This document shows, in pieces, positions 1 to 9,256 of a stretch of DNA of 57,118 nucleotides. A program made the translations under genes and the position numbers. Numbering within the stretch: the stretch's first letter is position 1; every line of letters starts with the position of its first letter. The notes below the pieces were generated by a model, which was not told the DNA's origin, ran no database searches, and saw only the letters and a program-made list of their open reading frames with translations. Source of the stretch: Deltaproteobacteria bacterium CG11_big_fil_rev_8_21_14_0_20_49_13 (GTDB taxonomy: Bacteria; UBA10199; GCA-002796325; 1-14-0-20-49-13); NCBI GenBank assembly GCA_002796305.1, contig PCWZ01000049.1, forward strand, positions 1 to 57,118, given 5' to 3'.

Positions 1-396
1 CAGCGGGTTTACTATCCTTTCACCATCAACAAAGCGCCAACTGTAGGCATCGAACGAACCGAACTCTTCCTGAACCTTAAGAAATGCTCTGGCGTTCGAA
101 ACGGCGGCCCCAACTTTTAGACGATTTCTAATGATACCCGCGTCCTTAAGCAGACGTTCGATATGAATTGGTGTGAATCGCGCGACCTTTTCGGCGTTGA
201 AACCAGCGAACGCCTTGCGATATCCTTCGCGCCTTTTAAGTATAGTGAGCCAGCTAAGCCCCGCCTGTGCCCCTTCAAGCACTAAAAACTCGAATAGCTT
301 CTTATCGTCATGGACGGGGACTCCCCATTCCTTATCGTGATACTTGATATAAACAGGGTCTTTTTCGCACCACTGGCAACGCACAAGTTGTTTCAT
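1..396 (-). CDS. tag: DNA-3-methyladenine glycosylase I (Tag); C-terminus lies outside the window
   Basis: Own reverse-strand translation from the ATG at 396-394 gives MKQLVRCQWCEKDPVYIKYHDKEWGVPVHDDKKLFEFLVLEGAQAGLSWLTI... This carries Tag-family motifs (CxWC, YHDxEWG, EGxQAGLSW). It is absent from the ORF track because it is open at the window edge. Confidence 0.85.
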   Translation of the reverse strand, partial: MKQLVRCQWCEKDPVYIKYHDKEWGVPVHDDKKLFEFLVLEGAQAGLSWLTILKRREGYRKAFAGFNAEKVARFTPIHIERLLKDAGIIRNRLKVGAAVSNARAFLKVQEEFGSFDAYSWRFVDGERIVNPL

Positions 397-553
397 AGAA
401 TATGAGCTTCAATATCCCATCGCGCCAAAATTCCAAGTTTAAAATTGTGTGTACAGCAGGATCATGGCACTGCGTGCCATGGCTCGTAAGGTGGCATGCC
501 GCCCACCATCGCTTGCGCTCTGGTGCCGGCCGGCCTTTGGCTCCGCCCGGTAA

Positions 554-575
554 ACCAAATTAGAACCTGTTTTAT
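554..575 (+). repeat. 22-nt direct repeat, copy 1 (ACCAAATTAGAACCTGTTTTAT), upstream of the DUF4143 ATPase gene
   Basis: Matches 1956-1977 at 21 of 22 positions in the same orientation. Confidence 0.7.
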
Positions 576-651
576 AAATCAAAGCAACATTAACAATTTA
601 TAAAATACACTTTACAAATTGTAAAGCATGGTGTAACCTAGCCATATTCTT

Positions 652-1812
652 ATGAAAAACAGAATACTTGTAAGTACCATTTCAGCCCGATTATCGGAAA
701 AAGAACCCCTTATACAGGTGATCGTTGGCCCCAGGCAGGTAGGTAAAACAACGGCTCTTAAGGCAGCGATCGGAGAAAAGGCAATTTACGAGAGTGCGGA
801 CAATCCAACTCCAACACAGAGCAGTGCGATCGAGGAGTGGTGGAATCGGGCGCTAGAGAGCGAAGCCAAGATACTTGCCATAGACGAGGTCCAAAAGATA
901 TCAGCTTGGACAGAAGTTTTAAAAAAACTATGGGATAAAAAACCAGGGGCGCTTAAGGTCATAGTGACAGGGTCCTCGGCGTTATTAATTGAAAAAGGAC
1001 TTAGGGAATCCTTAGCTGGAAGATTTGAACTGATACGGGCCGAGCACTGGAACTATCAAGAATCAAAAAAAGTCTTTGATCTGTCGTTAAGCGAATTCAT
1101 AGAATTTGGCTGTTATCCTGGTTCCCTTCCAATACTAAGGAACGATATCAATCGCTGGGGCCAATACGTCATGGATTCGATTATTGAACCGGCGATCGGA
1201 AGAGACCTGCTGCAGTTATATCCTGTGGATCAACCAGCTCTGCTAAGACAGGTGTTTGGTGCGGCCATTTCACTTCCAGCCCAGGTCGTCAGCCTTCAAA
1301 AAGTTCAGGGACAACTGCATGGAAAGGGAACTCTTCCAACGATCCAACATTATCTAAGATTACTATCGGATGCTTTTTTAGTAAGTGGGGTAGAAAAATA
1401 TTCTAAATCTTTACTACGGATGAGAAAGAGCTCACCAAAGCTGATAATTCACGATAATGGGCTCATTCGGTGTTTTGAAAAACCCATAAACAAAAGGATC
1501 TCACCGGAAAAACTGGGACATTATTTTGAAAATTGTATCGGCGCGCGCTTTATCGAGGCTGGATGGAGCACTTATTATTGGAAAGATAGGGACGCCGAAG
1601 TTGATTTTATTGTTATTGGCCCAAATAATGAAAAATGGGCGGTGGAGGTAAAAAGTTCCAAGGTCAGTGAAAAAGAACTGAAAAGCCTTTTTAAGTTCTG
1701 TGAACTGCACGACGATTTTGAACCAGTCTTAGTTTCGCTGGTTGGACAGAGAGTCGATGGAATAAAATCATTGGCTGCTGAAGACGTATTATCCTTTAGC
1801 AGAAAATATTAG
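652..1812 (+). CDS. AAA+ ATPase with DUF4143-type C-terminal domain (COG1373-like)
   Basis: Walker A GPRQVGKTT and Walker B-like ILAIDEVQ. The overall layout is typical of AAA_14 + DUF4143 proteins. Confidence 0.8.
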   Translation: MKNRILVSTISARLSEKEPLIQVIVGPRQVGKTTALKAAIGEKAIYESADNPTPTQSSAIEEWWNRALESEAKILAIDEVQKISAWTEVLKKLWDKKPGALKVIVTGSSALLIEKGLRESLAGRFELIRAEHWNYQESKKVFDLSLSEFIEFGCYPGSLPILRNDINRWGQYVMDSIIEPAIGRDLLQLYPVDQPALLRQVFGAAISLPAQVVSLQKVQGQLHGKGTLPTIQHYLRLLSDAFLVSGVEKYSKSLLRMRKSSPKLIIHDNGLIRCFEKPINKRISPEKLGHYFENCIGARFIEAGWSTYYWKDRDAEVDFIVIGPNNEKWAVEVKSSKVSEKELKSLFKFCELHDDFEPVLVSLVGQRVDGIKSLAAEDVLSFSRKY

Positions 1813-1955
1813 TCAAGCGTTAGTCAAGCTATTAGTAAAGTGGCTGCCCTATCAACAAAAAAGCCCTCTGATATCGGGGGTTTTTAATATTTGCTCCGCT
1901 TCAGCCGAAGGCCGAGCCCCTCCAAAGTCTGGCAGGCGCATCTGGCGGAGGATAG

Positions 1956-1977
1956 ACCAAGTTAGAACCTGTTTTAT
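1956..1977 (+). repeat. 22-nt direct repeat, copy 2 (ACCAAGTTAGAACCTGTTTTAT), downstream of the DUF4143 ATPase gene
   Basis: 21 of 22 identity to 554-575, same orientation. The two copies bracket the ATPase gene. Confidence 0.7.
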
Positions 1978-2132
1978 GGGCCATGTGGCCTGATTTACCC
2001 CACCCCGCGGCTCACCAAATGTATTGTTTTGTAATCGCAAATTATGATACAAGGCGCTTTGGCCGCTAAACCTAAAATATAAGCACCGTCTCTTAACCTC
2101 TCTTGTCAAACATTCCCCAATCCTTTTTTGGG

Positions 2133-2224
2133 CTATACACTTGGCTCAAGTGACTTCATGAAAACATAATGATTTCAATGTGGCCACATAAAAAAATCTT
2201 AATCAACCTGAGCCAAGTGTATAG
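2133..2224. repeat. 16-bp perfect inverted repeat (CTATACACTTGGCTCA / TGAGCCAAGTGTATAG) with a 60-nt AT-rich spacer
   Basis: Arms at 2133-2148 and 2209-2224 read directly from the sequence. Both are flanked by TCC(C)TTTTTT runs. Confidence 0.5.
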
Positions 2225-2419
2225 GCCTATCCCTTTTTTTGACTAAATGACGAAATTACTTTTACAGGAGTCAATAATCGTCGGTTTTCAGGTGGCCGGT
2301 GACAGCCAAGCGCATAAGCACATAAATAAGTACGAAATTCCGGAAAAATGAATGTATCATTGTTCGGATTAACGAACAACTGTTTGCAACTTTCGTTAAT
2401 ATCATACGATTTTCTTTCT

Positions 2420-2435
2420 TGGCATGATTTTTGCT
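2420..2435 (+). promoter_or_regulatory. sigma-54 (-24/-12) promoter candidate TGGCATG-ATTT-TTGCT
   Basis: Fits TGGCACG-N4-TTGCW at all but one position. It lies immediately upstream of the ATG at 2448. A palindrome TTAACGAA-N15-TTCGTTAA sits at 2369-2399 just upstream. Confidence 0.55.
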
Positions 2436-2447
2436 GAGTGAAACGGC

Positions 2448-3707
2448 ATGAAGAAGGCTATGGTTGCTATTATCGTGTTCCAGATGGTTCTTCCATATCG
2501 TCTATTTGCAGGAGGGATTACAGCAGTCATTGTCCCGGTCAAAGACGGAGTTTCCGACGATTCAACAGAAGAGATCGCCAACCTTTTTATGGAGGCGCTC
2601 TCAAAAAATGACATAGAGGTCATCTCGAAGGAAAAATCCGAGGCGGTGCTTAGTTATTACGACACAGCAGACAGCATTTCCGTTTCGGATCTATCTTCAG
2701 AAGCCGTAAAACTGATTTCGAAGGCAAAGGAACATTATTATAATTTTGATAGCGATTCCGCTTATGCAGAGGTCTCTCGCGCAATAGAGCTACTCAAAGG
2801 TGAGTCGGGTCGGACGCTCAGGGACGCCTACGTTACGGCCGCTATTATAGACAGGGCCAATGCTGAAGGATACCTGAGGTCGGCCCTTAAGATAGATCCT
2901 TTTTATGCAATAGATAGAAAAACGTTTCCGCCATCAACGGTCGATGCGTTTGATAGGGCAAGGTCCGAGATGGAGCGCCTTCCCACGGGCGAGATCCGTA
3001 TCGATACGGACCCTAAAGTTTGCGAAGTTTATATCAACGGGGTCATCCGTGGAGTTACCCCATTGGTGGTCTCAGAGCTCCCCGAGGGTGAGTATAAGAT
3101 CTTAATTAAAACCAATAAATATAGGCCGGTTGAGCGAATCGCTGCCGTCAGATCCGACGAAACGATAAAGATAAAGGAAAAACTGTACTGGGCGTCCGAA
3201 ATAAAGAAGGAGGCGCCGATCAAGAACCTTCTTACGTCCCAAGACGTCGCTCGCTCGGAAATAACCGAAGGAGTGAGAGTTGCCGAGATTCTTAAGGTTT
3301 CAAAGACGATCCTCATAGATGTTGACGAAGAAGCAGGTGGAAACGGAGAGGTTGCGATCAGGATGGTAGATAGAAAATATAAGGCGGGTCACAATCCTAT
3401 CGTTATCAGTTATGACCAGTCAAAGGACAATCTGTCACAAAACTTAAATTTAGCCGCCGAGAGCCTTATCTCGCAGACAAAGGTAAATATCTTGAGCGAT
3501 CCCCAAAAATATCTCGACCCAGATGGCGTGGGTGAGCCGGTGCTCTTGGGAAAACGCAAAAAGGAGCTCACAAAATCACCGGCATTCTGGGCGGTTCTGG
3601 GCGGCGTAGTTGCTGCAGGAGCCGGCGGCGCCGCCGCGGCGGTCATGCTTGGCGGAGGAGGGGGAGATAGCGAAGGGGCAGGAAGCGTTAACGTGCAGTT
3701 TAAATGA
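2448..3707 (+). CDS. PEGA-domain envelope protein (signal peptide, C-terminal Gly/Ala-rich membrane anchor)
   Basis: PEGA-like segment CEVYINGVIRGVTPLVVSELPEGEYKILIKTNKY, N-terminal hydrophobic leader, C-terminal FWAVLGGVVAAGAGGAAAAVML. Confidence 0.7.
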   Translation: MKKAMVAIIVFQMVLPYRLFAGGITAVIVPVKDGVSDDSTEEIANLFMEALSKNDIEVISKEKSEAVLSYYDTADSISVSDLSSEAVKLISKAKEHYYNFDSDSAYAEVSRAIELLKGESGRTLRDAYVTAAIIDRANAEGYLRSALKIDPFYAIDRKTFPPSTVDAFDRARSEMERLPTGEIRIDTDPKVCEVYINGVIRGVTPLVVSELPEGEYKILIKTNKYRPVERIAAVRSDETIKIKEKLYWASEIKKEAPIKNLLTSQDVARSEITEGVRVAEILKVSKTILIDVDEEAGGNGEVAIRMVDRKYKAGHNPIVISYDQSKDNLSQNLNLAAESLISQTKVNILSDPQKYLDPDGVGEPVLLGKRKKELTKSPAFWAVLGGVVAAGAGGAAAAVMLGGGGGDSEGAGSVNVQFK

Positions 3708-4456
3708 GTCGCTTAAAGGGGTTTATTATGAGTAGCGTTATTTTATTATTTGCAATTTTAATGATCGCTTCATGCGGCGGCAATTCCGGCAGTTCCAATA
3801 GCTCAACATATAGTTCAAATAATACAGGGACGATCAAGGCGATCGTTACGGGTTCCAAATCATTTAATCCCAATATCTCTCACGGCAAGATCGTTAAGTA
3901 TAAGATAACGATAACTGGTGAAGGCATAGAAGCGCCTGTTGTGGCCGAGATTGACGGAACCGCCGATTCTGGAACCGTTGAGGGCGTGCCTTCGGGTGAT
4001 GAAAGGACCGTCAGGGTCGAGGCGATAAATCCGAACGAGCTTTCCATAAGAGACGGCGAAGTAAGCGGCGTTCACGTTTCGTCGGGTGAAACCGAAGATG
4101 TAGAAATAACCCTAGAGTCGGTTCCGGTCTTCGCCAATATTAAGAGCGGGGCGTCTATCCCGAACACTCGTTTTATTGTGAGGGTCTTTTCGGATCCTAA
4201 GGATCCGGTGATGGTAGAGGACGAGTTTGGCGGATCCATAGCGGCCATGACGGATGTTAGCACCTCCGGTATTGAAATATCTCCGAACGTTGTAACTGGT
4301 ATCGCGTCAATCTCACCCGCGCTCCTTTCTGTGGGAGAACACAGTCTCACCGCAAAAAATTATCGAACCAACCGCTCTTCTAATGTCATCGTGAGGATAA
4401 TCGACGGTACAAAGCAAAAAGGCGCGCCGTTCTTCAGTGTGAAGGAGAATTTATGA
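3704..4456 (+). CDS. Lipoprotein of unknown function (beta-sandwich-like)
   Basis: Lipobox LMIASC after a positively charged N-terminus. ATGA overlap with the upstream gene. An alternative start exists at 3728. Confidence 0.65.
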   Translation: MSRLKGFIMSSVILLFAILMIASCGGNSGSSNSSTYSSNNTGTIKAIVTGSKSFNPNISHGKIVKYKITITGEGIEAPVVAEIDGTADSGTVEGVPSGDERTVRVEAINPNELSIRDGEVSGVHVSSGETEDVEITLESVPVFANIKSGASIPNTRFIVRVFSDPKDPVMVEDEFGGSIAAMTDVSTSGIEISPNVVTGIASISPALLSVGEHSLTAKNYRTNRSSNVIVRIIDGTKQKGAPFFSVKENL

Positions 4457-6222
4457 ACAAGAACGCCATTGCGGTCGTGATGTCGGCACTTTTAATATCG
4501 TGCGGAGGCTCAAACGGCGATGATGAGCTCGCGGACGAGCCCGCCCCGACCGGAGATGAATCCGCGTATTCTGAATCGATACCGACGGCCACACCGGATG
4601 CGGATAACGATTCTGTGTCGGATGAGAACGATAATTGCGTCAACACGGCCAACACGGACCAACTTGATACCGACGCCGACGGGAATGGCGATGCCTGTGA
4701 GAACGACGATGATGACGACGGCCTCGATGATACAAAAGAACAGGAATTTGGAACAGATCCTAAAAATAAAGATACTGACTTCGATGGAATGATCGACGGT
4801 TTGGAGATCAAGAACGGAACCGATCCCCTAAGGCAGGATACCGATTCGGACGATTATAGCGATAGTAAAGATGTGTTTCCGCTTGACGCCAAAGAATGGA
4901 GAGATTCCGATAATGATGGCGTTGGCGACAATAGCGATAATTGTAAAAGCGTTTCAAATCCCGGTCAGGAAAATACCGACAAGACCTACTCTATGGAGGG
5001 TGTCAAGGCCCCGGACGGGGATCTTGTGACAGCCGACAATCTTGGGGACGCCTGCGACGACGACATCGACGGCGACGGTCTGCACATAACCTATCTTGAT
5101 GCGGGTAACGGAAACGATTCGAGCTCCGGCACGTTTGTGGAACCGGTGACCGGCGTTAAGCGCGCCATCGAGCTGGCAAAGGTCCGAGGAGATGACGTCT
5201 ATGCAGTAGCGGGTTTCTATGATGTCTCAGGAGCAGAATTTACCGACGGAGTCGATCTATACGGAGGGTTTTCGGCCGAATTTACACAAAGAAGCGTTCT
5301 TGACGATCTGCCGCAATTTAAAACGACGCTTGGTAGAAGCGACCTTCCGGCAACGCTTTATTTTAAAGATCTAGAAGGACAGGTTAAGATCGACGGTTTC
5401 TTTGTGGTAAATAATGGCGACGATGACAGTGTTGCCGGGATCATACCTGATACGGACGATCTTGGATGCGACACGGCGGCCGCCTATATTGAAAATAGTA
5501 AAATAGAGCTCACGAATAATGTCATTGAAGGTAATAATAAAAGCCCAAGGTCCTGCGGAGTGATCCTTGGAAAGAATGCCGAAGTCAAGCTCAACGCCAA
5601 TAAGATAAGCGGGGGCGGTTCAAATAAGGCGACGCTTTCAATAGGCGTTGCGATTGTTGAGGCCCTTGCCAAGATCTACAATAATATCATCGTTGCCGGC
5701 AACGGTGAACATGCAACGGGGATAAAACTGACTTATTCGAACGCAACTATCATCAACAACACCATCGATTCGTCATCGTATGCCAAAAGCCCGAAGGTCT
5801 CTTCCGGCATCTCATTTAACGGCGGATCGCCGAAGATAATTAATAATCTGGTCTATACCTCTCTCTCAAAGGACCAGGCGGTTCTTTGGTGCCTCGGGAA
5901 CGACATGTCCGGAGCTGAGCTGAAGAACAATCTTTTCACCACATTCCCCCAAACGGGGACGAACGCGGCGCTTATAGACTGTGACGGGGAGTTCACGCTC
6001 ACATCGGAATATATCGGCGGCGCCGGTCTTTTCGTTCCGGGAACGATCGTTGGCGAGAACCTTTCCTATGAAGGCGGCTTGGATGGGCTTGTGGGGCCAT
6101 CCTATTTCCCGATAAGCAACGCTCTCGTGGATTCAGGCCTTAATGTTGAAAACGAAACCGATCTATATGGGGATCCAAGGCCGAACGGATCCGCAACGGA
6201 TGTGGGGGCCATAGAGAAATGA
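4453..6222 (+). CDS. Lipoprotein with thrombospondin type-3-like Ca-binding repeats and a parallel beta-helix-like C-terminal region
   Basis: Lipobox LLISCGG. Repeated DxDxDGxGDxCxND motifs (DTDADGNGDACENDDDDDG, DSDNDGVGDNSDNC, DDDIDGDG). Repetitive NN(I/V)I..N segments typical of right-handed beta-helices. RBS AAGGAGAA. Confidence 0.7.
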   Translation: MNKNAIAVVMSALLISCGGSNGDDELADEPAPTGDESAYSESIPTATPDADNDSVSDENDNCVNTANTDQLDTDADGNGDACENDDDDDGLDDTKEQEFGTDPKNKDTDFDGMIDGLEIKNGTDPLRQDTDSDDYSDSKDVFPLDAKEWRDSDNDGVGDNSDNCKSVSNPGQENTDKTYSMEGVKAPDGDLVTADNLGDACDDDIDGDGLHITYLDAGNGNDSSSGTFVEPVTGVKRAIELAKVRGDDVYAVAGFYDVSGAEFTDGVDLYGGFSAEFTQRSVLDDLPQFKTTLGRSDLPATLYFKDLEGQVKIDGFFVVNNGDDDSVAGIIPDTDDLGCDTAAAYIENSKIELTNNVIEGNNKSPRSCGVILGKNAEVKLNANKISGGGSNKATLSIGVAIVEALAKIYNNIIVAGNGEHATGIKLTYSNATIINNTIDSSSYAKSPKVSSGISFNGGSPKIINNLVYTSLSKDQAVLWCLGNDMSGAELKNNLFTTFPQTGTNAALIDCDGEFTLTSEYIGGAGLFVPGTIVGENLSYEGGLDGLVGPSYFPISNALVDSGLNVENETDLYGDPRPNGSATDVGAIEK

Positions 6223-6662
6223 GAAAGCTGTCATTCATAGCGGCGGCGGTAGCTCTTGCAGGATGTGCGAAGAGCGGCATTAATGTCCCGTCTTCATATA
6301 TGGGGGAGAGTAAGAGAGAGGCGGCGGCTCCCCCTGTGACCCGAGTCTATTTTCCGTTCGCAAGCGACGTCATCCTTCCAGCCGTCGAAAAAGAGCTGGA
6401 CCAGAACGTGTCATGGCTAAAAAGGAACAATGGGATCTATATTATCTTAGAAGGCCACTGCGACGAGGTCGGTCCTAAAGAATACAATATGGAGCTTGGC
6501 GACAGGCGTGCGCGCACGGTCAAGGCGTATCTAATGGAGATGGGTGTTGATCCGGAGCGGGTCATCATGCTCGTGAGTTACGGCTCCGAAAGACCCTTGA
6601 ACCCGGGACATAAGGTCGAAGACCTTCGCGAAAATAGAAGGGCCGAATTCGTCACTAGATAA
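6219..6662 (+). CDS. pal: Peptidoglycan-associated lipoprotein (Pal, OmpA C-terminal-like domain)
   Basis: Lipobox LAGC. VYFPFASD...ILEGHCDEVGPKEYNMELGDRRARTVKAYL...SYGSERP...NRRAEF matches the Pal/OmpA_C pattern. Confidence 0.85.
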   Translation: MRKLSFIAAAVALAGCAKSGINVPSSYMGESKREAAAPPVTRVYFPFASDVILPAVEKELDQNVSWLKRNNGIYIILEGHCDEVGPKEYNMELGDRRARTVKAYLMEMGVDPERVIMLVSYGSERPLNPGHKVEDLRENRRAEFVTR

Positions 6663-6676
6663 AATTGGAGGATCTT

Positions 6677-8134
6677 ATGAAATATGCGTTCCTTGTTTTG
6701 TTCTCCCTTGCGGCGCTTTTTATTTCTCCCATTTCCGGGGCAGAAGAGACAAGGCAGATACCTCTTCTTCTTAATTATCAGAGCGCCCTTTTCGATGAGG
6801 GTGGAAATCTGATCCAGGATGGCAGTACCGACTTCAGTTTCAGGATCATAGATCATGAAGGCAACATTCTCTATGAAGAGAACCAGCAACTGGATGTCGC
6901 AGATGGGAGGGTGAGCGCAATGATTGGAAATGGGCTTAGTGGCGGCGGGGCGGCAACGGGAGGGGTCCCTTCCGATATATTCGACCCGAATGGCCGACGG
7001 TTCCTGCAGGTAGAGATACCCGGCCAAAAGCCGTACGATAAGCTCGAGATAGTCTCCGTTCCGTATTCCCTCTGGTCCGAAAAAGCCCTTGGGCTGACGG
7101 AAGGCTCTCTAAAAGGAGAGATGATAGGGGGCGGGGTGATACTAAAAAGCCATCTTAGCGACGAACTCATTTCTTACATTGAGGATAACGGCACCCTTGG
7201 AAATTTTGTTAATAGCGTTCAGGGTTCGACGGGCGCTTCCAAGGTAGGGGTAGGCTCGACGTTTATTTACTCAGGCTCAAGCACGGTTCAGGGAGTGCTG
7301 AAGGACCTCGATGTTGCGATAAAAAAACGGCAGGAAGAGGTCGATTGGACAAAGGGCGATTACACGGCAAAGATCACGGGCGAGGCCACGGCGAGACAGG
7401 GCGCTGATACGACGCTTCAGGCCGGTCTAAACAGCGAATCTCTGGCGCGGTCTGCGGCAGACACGACGCTTCAATCGAGCATAACGGCAGAGACAGGCGA
7501 AAGATCGGGCGCAGACGCAGTGCTTCAGGCCAGCATAGATGAGCACGGTTCCGCAACTTCAACGCACGGAGCATCCGGCAATATCGTCGGAACCGATAAT
7601 AATCAGTATCTTTATAACAAGATATTGGTCGCGCCAAAGATCATAAGCGGAGCCAATGGCAATCCTGACGTCGGCGCCCAATTCGATATCTCGGTTGATG
7701 AAGGAATGGTCGTGGACGGTAATTTGGTAGTGACAGGTTATATACAATCGAAATCTGTAAAGGCGTTGTCTACACCTTCTTTTAGCGCGCCATCAGGGAG
7801 TACAGCGGAGAGATACATCTATCCCATTACGCTGATCGAAGACGACGACGGCGAGAGAGATACGGACCTCTTTACGATAGCTGATCTCGGTTCCAAAAAA
7901 ATATGGCTTGAATGGTTCATCAATGGTGTCGATGGAGATGAATACATTGAAATGATGGGAACCGCCGCCCTGCCAAGTGACGGCGATGTTGTGAGAAGTC
8001 CGATGAAGTGGGACGCTGGAAAGGCAAAGCTTAATGTGAGCGGAAACACTGTCAGGCTCCGATATGATGTGACCGGCGATAACAGAACTTTCGATATCGG
8101 CGGTTTTTTTAAGATCACAAGGGCTTTAGAATAA
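6677..8134 (+). CDS. Secreted tail-fibre-like / trimeric-fibre-like surface protein
   Basis: ATG at 6677 follows GGAGGA (the ORF track begins at a TTG at 6665). Signal peptide MKYAFLVLFSLAALFISPISGA. The N-terminal NYQS.L.D..GN...F.I module is common in tail-fibre-domain proteins. Three 18-aa tandem repeats E..AR..AD..LQ..I. Confidence 0.6.
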   Translation: MKYAFLVLFSLAALFISPISGAEETRQIPLLLNYQSALFDEGGNLIQDGSTDFSFRIIDHEGNILYEENQQLDVADGRVSAMIGNGLSGGGAATGGVPSDIFDPNGRRFLQVEIPGQKPYDKLEIVSVPYSLWSEKALGLTEGSLKGEMIGGGVILKSHLSDELISYIEDNGTLGNFVNSVQGSTGASKVGVGSTFIYSGSSTVQGVLKDLDVAIKKRQEEVDWTKGDYTAKITGEATARQGADTTLQAGLNSESLARSAADTTLQSSITAETGERSGADAVLQASIDEHGSATSTHGASGNIVGTDNNQYLYNKILVAPKIISGANGNPDVGAQFDISVDEGMVVDGNLVVTGYIQSKSVKALSTPSFSAPSGSTAERYIYPITLIEDDDGERDTDLFTIADLGSKKIWLEWFINGVDGDEYIEMMGTAALPSDGDVVRSPMKWDAGKAKLNVSGNTVRLRYDVTGDNRTFDIGGFFKITRALE

Positions 8135-8180
8135 AGCTCGCAATGGTTTCTTAAAAGAGAAACTAAGAAAGGGGAAAGAT

Positions 8181-9251
8181 ATGAAAAAGAGGATGATAGC
8201 AGGCGTGGTGGCGATGCTGTTCTGCACGGCGCTTGTTGCCGCATGCGGTAGCGCTACTTCCGATGTAACAGGAGGAGGCGTCGATAGTCCCGCCGACACC
8301 GGCACCGAAGGCGTTGCCGATGCTGATATTGTTCAAACAGTGCAGGCGCCCGTTCCGGGATCAGTTAAGGATTTTTTCGATGGCATTTGCTCAGATTATC
8401 GGCCGGTGCCTATCAAAAAAGATGAAGATTTGGCCGGTCAGACAGCCGCCTACGACGAGATCGTGGCCGAAGAGGATTGGGGGGGAGAGATAGCGGAAGG
8501 AACAAAATTGTATGTCGGTAATATCAACGGCGCCGTATTTGTTTACGGTACGAACGATACAGATAAAGCGTCTTGGGGTGTGAGAAAATGGGCGCTTGCC
8601 GAGACCGGTGAAGATTCAAAAAAAGGCCTGGGCAATATCCAGATATCCGCAGGGACAAAGGCCGATGAGGCCCGGGTCGTAGCGAATCATCCCGACAGCA
8701 GTTATCCAGGCGTCAGATATCAGACCTGCGTTGTTGTTAATACCCCGAGCTCTTGGGCGCAGTCACTTAAGAACGTCGCCGGTGATGTCTTTGTTTTCGA
8801 TGTCATGGGTACAGTGAAGGTGTCGAATGGAAACGGCAATATTAATGTTGGAGACGCCGGGGGGAATTCGGTAGAGATAGAGAACCAAAGCGGTAATATT
8901 GTTGTTAGTGCGCGCCCTTCCTCCGCCGTTAGCGTTCTGAACGGTTCCGGCAACATCACCTATCATCTGCTTGAAAGCACACATCTCAAGAACGACAGCT
9001 CGCTTGACACAAAAAACGGGACGATAAAGCTTGTCTTTAACGCAGGGACCGGCGCCAAATTGGATGCCCTGGTTGATGCCGGCACGATAAGCGCGCCCGA
9101 TCTCCCGGCTCCGGAGGCGGTGGACGCCAACGGACAGCGTCTGGTCGCGGATGTGAACGGCGGCGGCGCAAAACTGACGGCTCATTCCGAGACCGGAACG
9201 ATCACGGTTGAGTTGTTGAAGCCGCAGACTGATGCTGGCGAAACGGAATAA
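8181..9251 (+). CDS. Lipoprotein with DUF4097-like (putative adhesin) beta-helical repeats
   Basis: Lipobox LVAACGS. Repeated GNGNINV / SGNIVV / SGNITY / NGTIKL / TGTITV strands. Confidence 0.65.
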   Translation: MKKRMIAGVVAMLFCTALVAACGSATSDVTGGGVDSPADTGTEGVADADIVQTVQAPVPGSVKDFFDGICSDYRPVPIKKDEDLAGQTAAYDEIVAEEDWGGEIAEGTKLYVGNINGAVFVYGTNDTDKASWGVRKWALAETGEDSKKGLGNIQISAGTKADEARVVANHPDSSYPGVRYQTCVVVNTPSSWAQSLKNVAGDVFVFDVMGTVKVSNGNGNINVGDAGGNSVEIENQSGNIVVSARPSSAVSVLNGSGNITYHLLESTHLKNDSSLDTKNGTIKLVFNAGTGAKLDALVDAGTISAPDLPAPEAVDANGQRLVADVNGGGAKLTAHSETGTITVELLKPQTDAGETE

Positions 9252-9256
9252 AGACC

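Noticed and set aside
463-479. sigma-54 promoter (TGGCAC)
   Set aside because: TGGCAC is part of a perfect palindrome (ATGGCAC-TGC-GTGCCAT), and no TTGC element follows at the correct spacing.
1852-2109. 85-aa minus-strand ORF downstream of the ATPase gene
   Set aside because: It spans the direct repeat and hairpin-rich spacer and has no RBS, so it is probably non-coding.
6578-7027. 149-aa minus-strand ORF; similarly 8763-9338 (191 aa), 16486-17019 (177 aa) and 7819-8244 (141 aa)
   Set aside because: They are antisense to better-supported plus-strand genes in a tightly packed operon, with no RBS or domain features.
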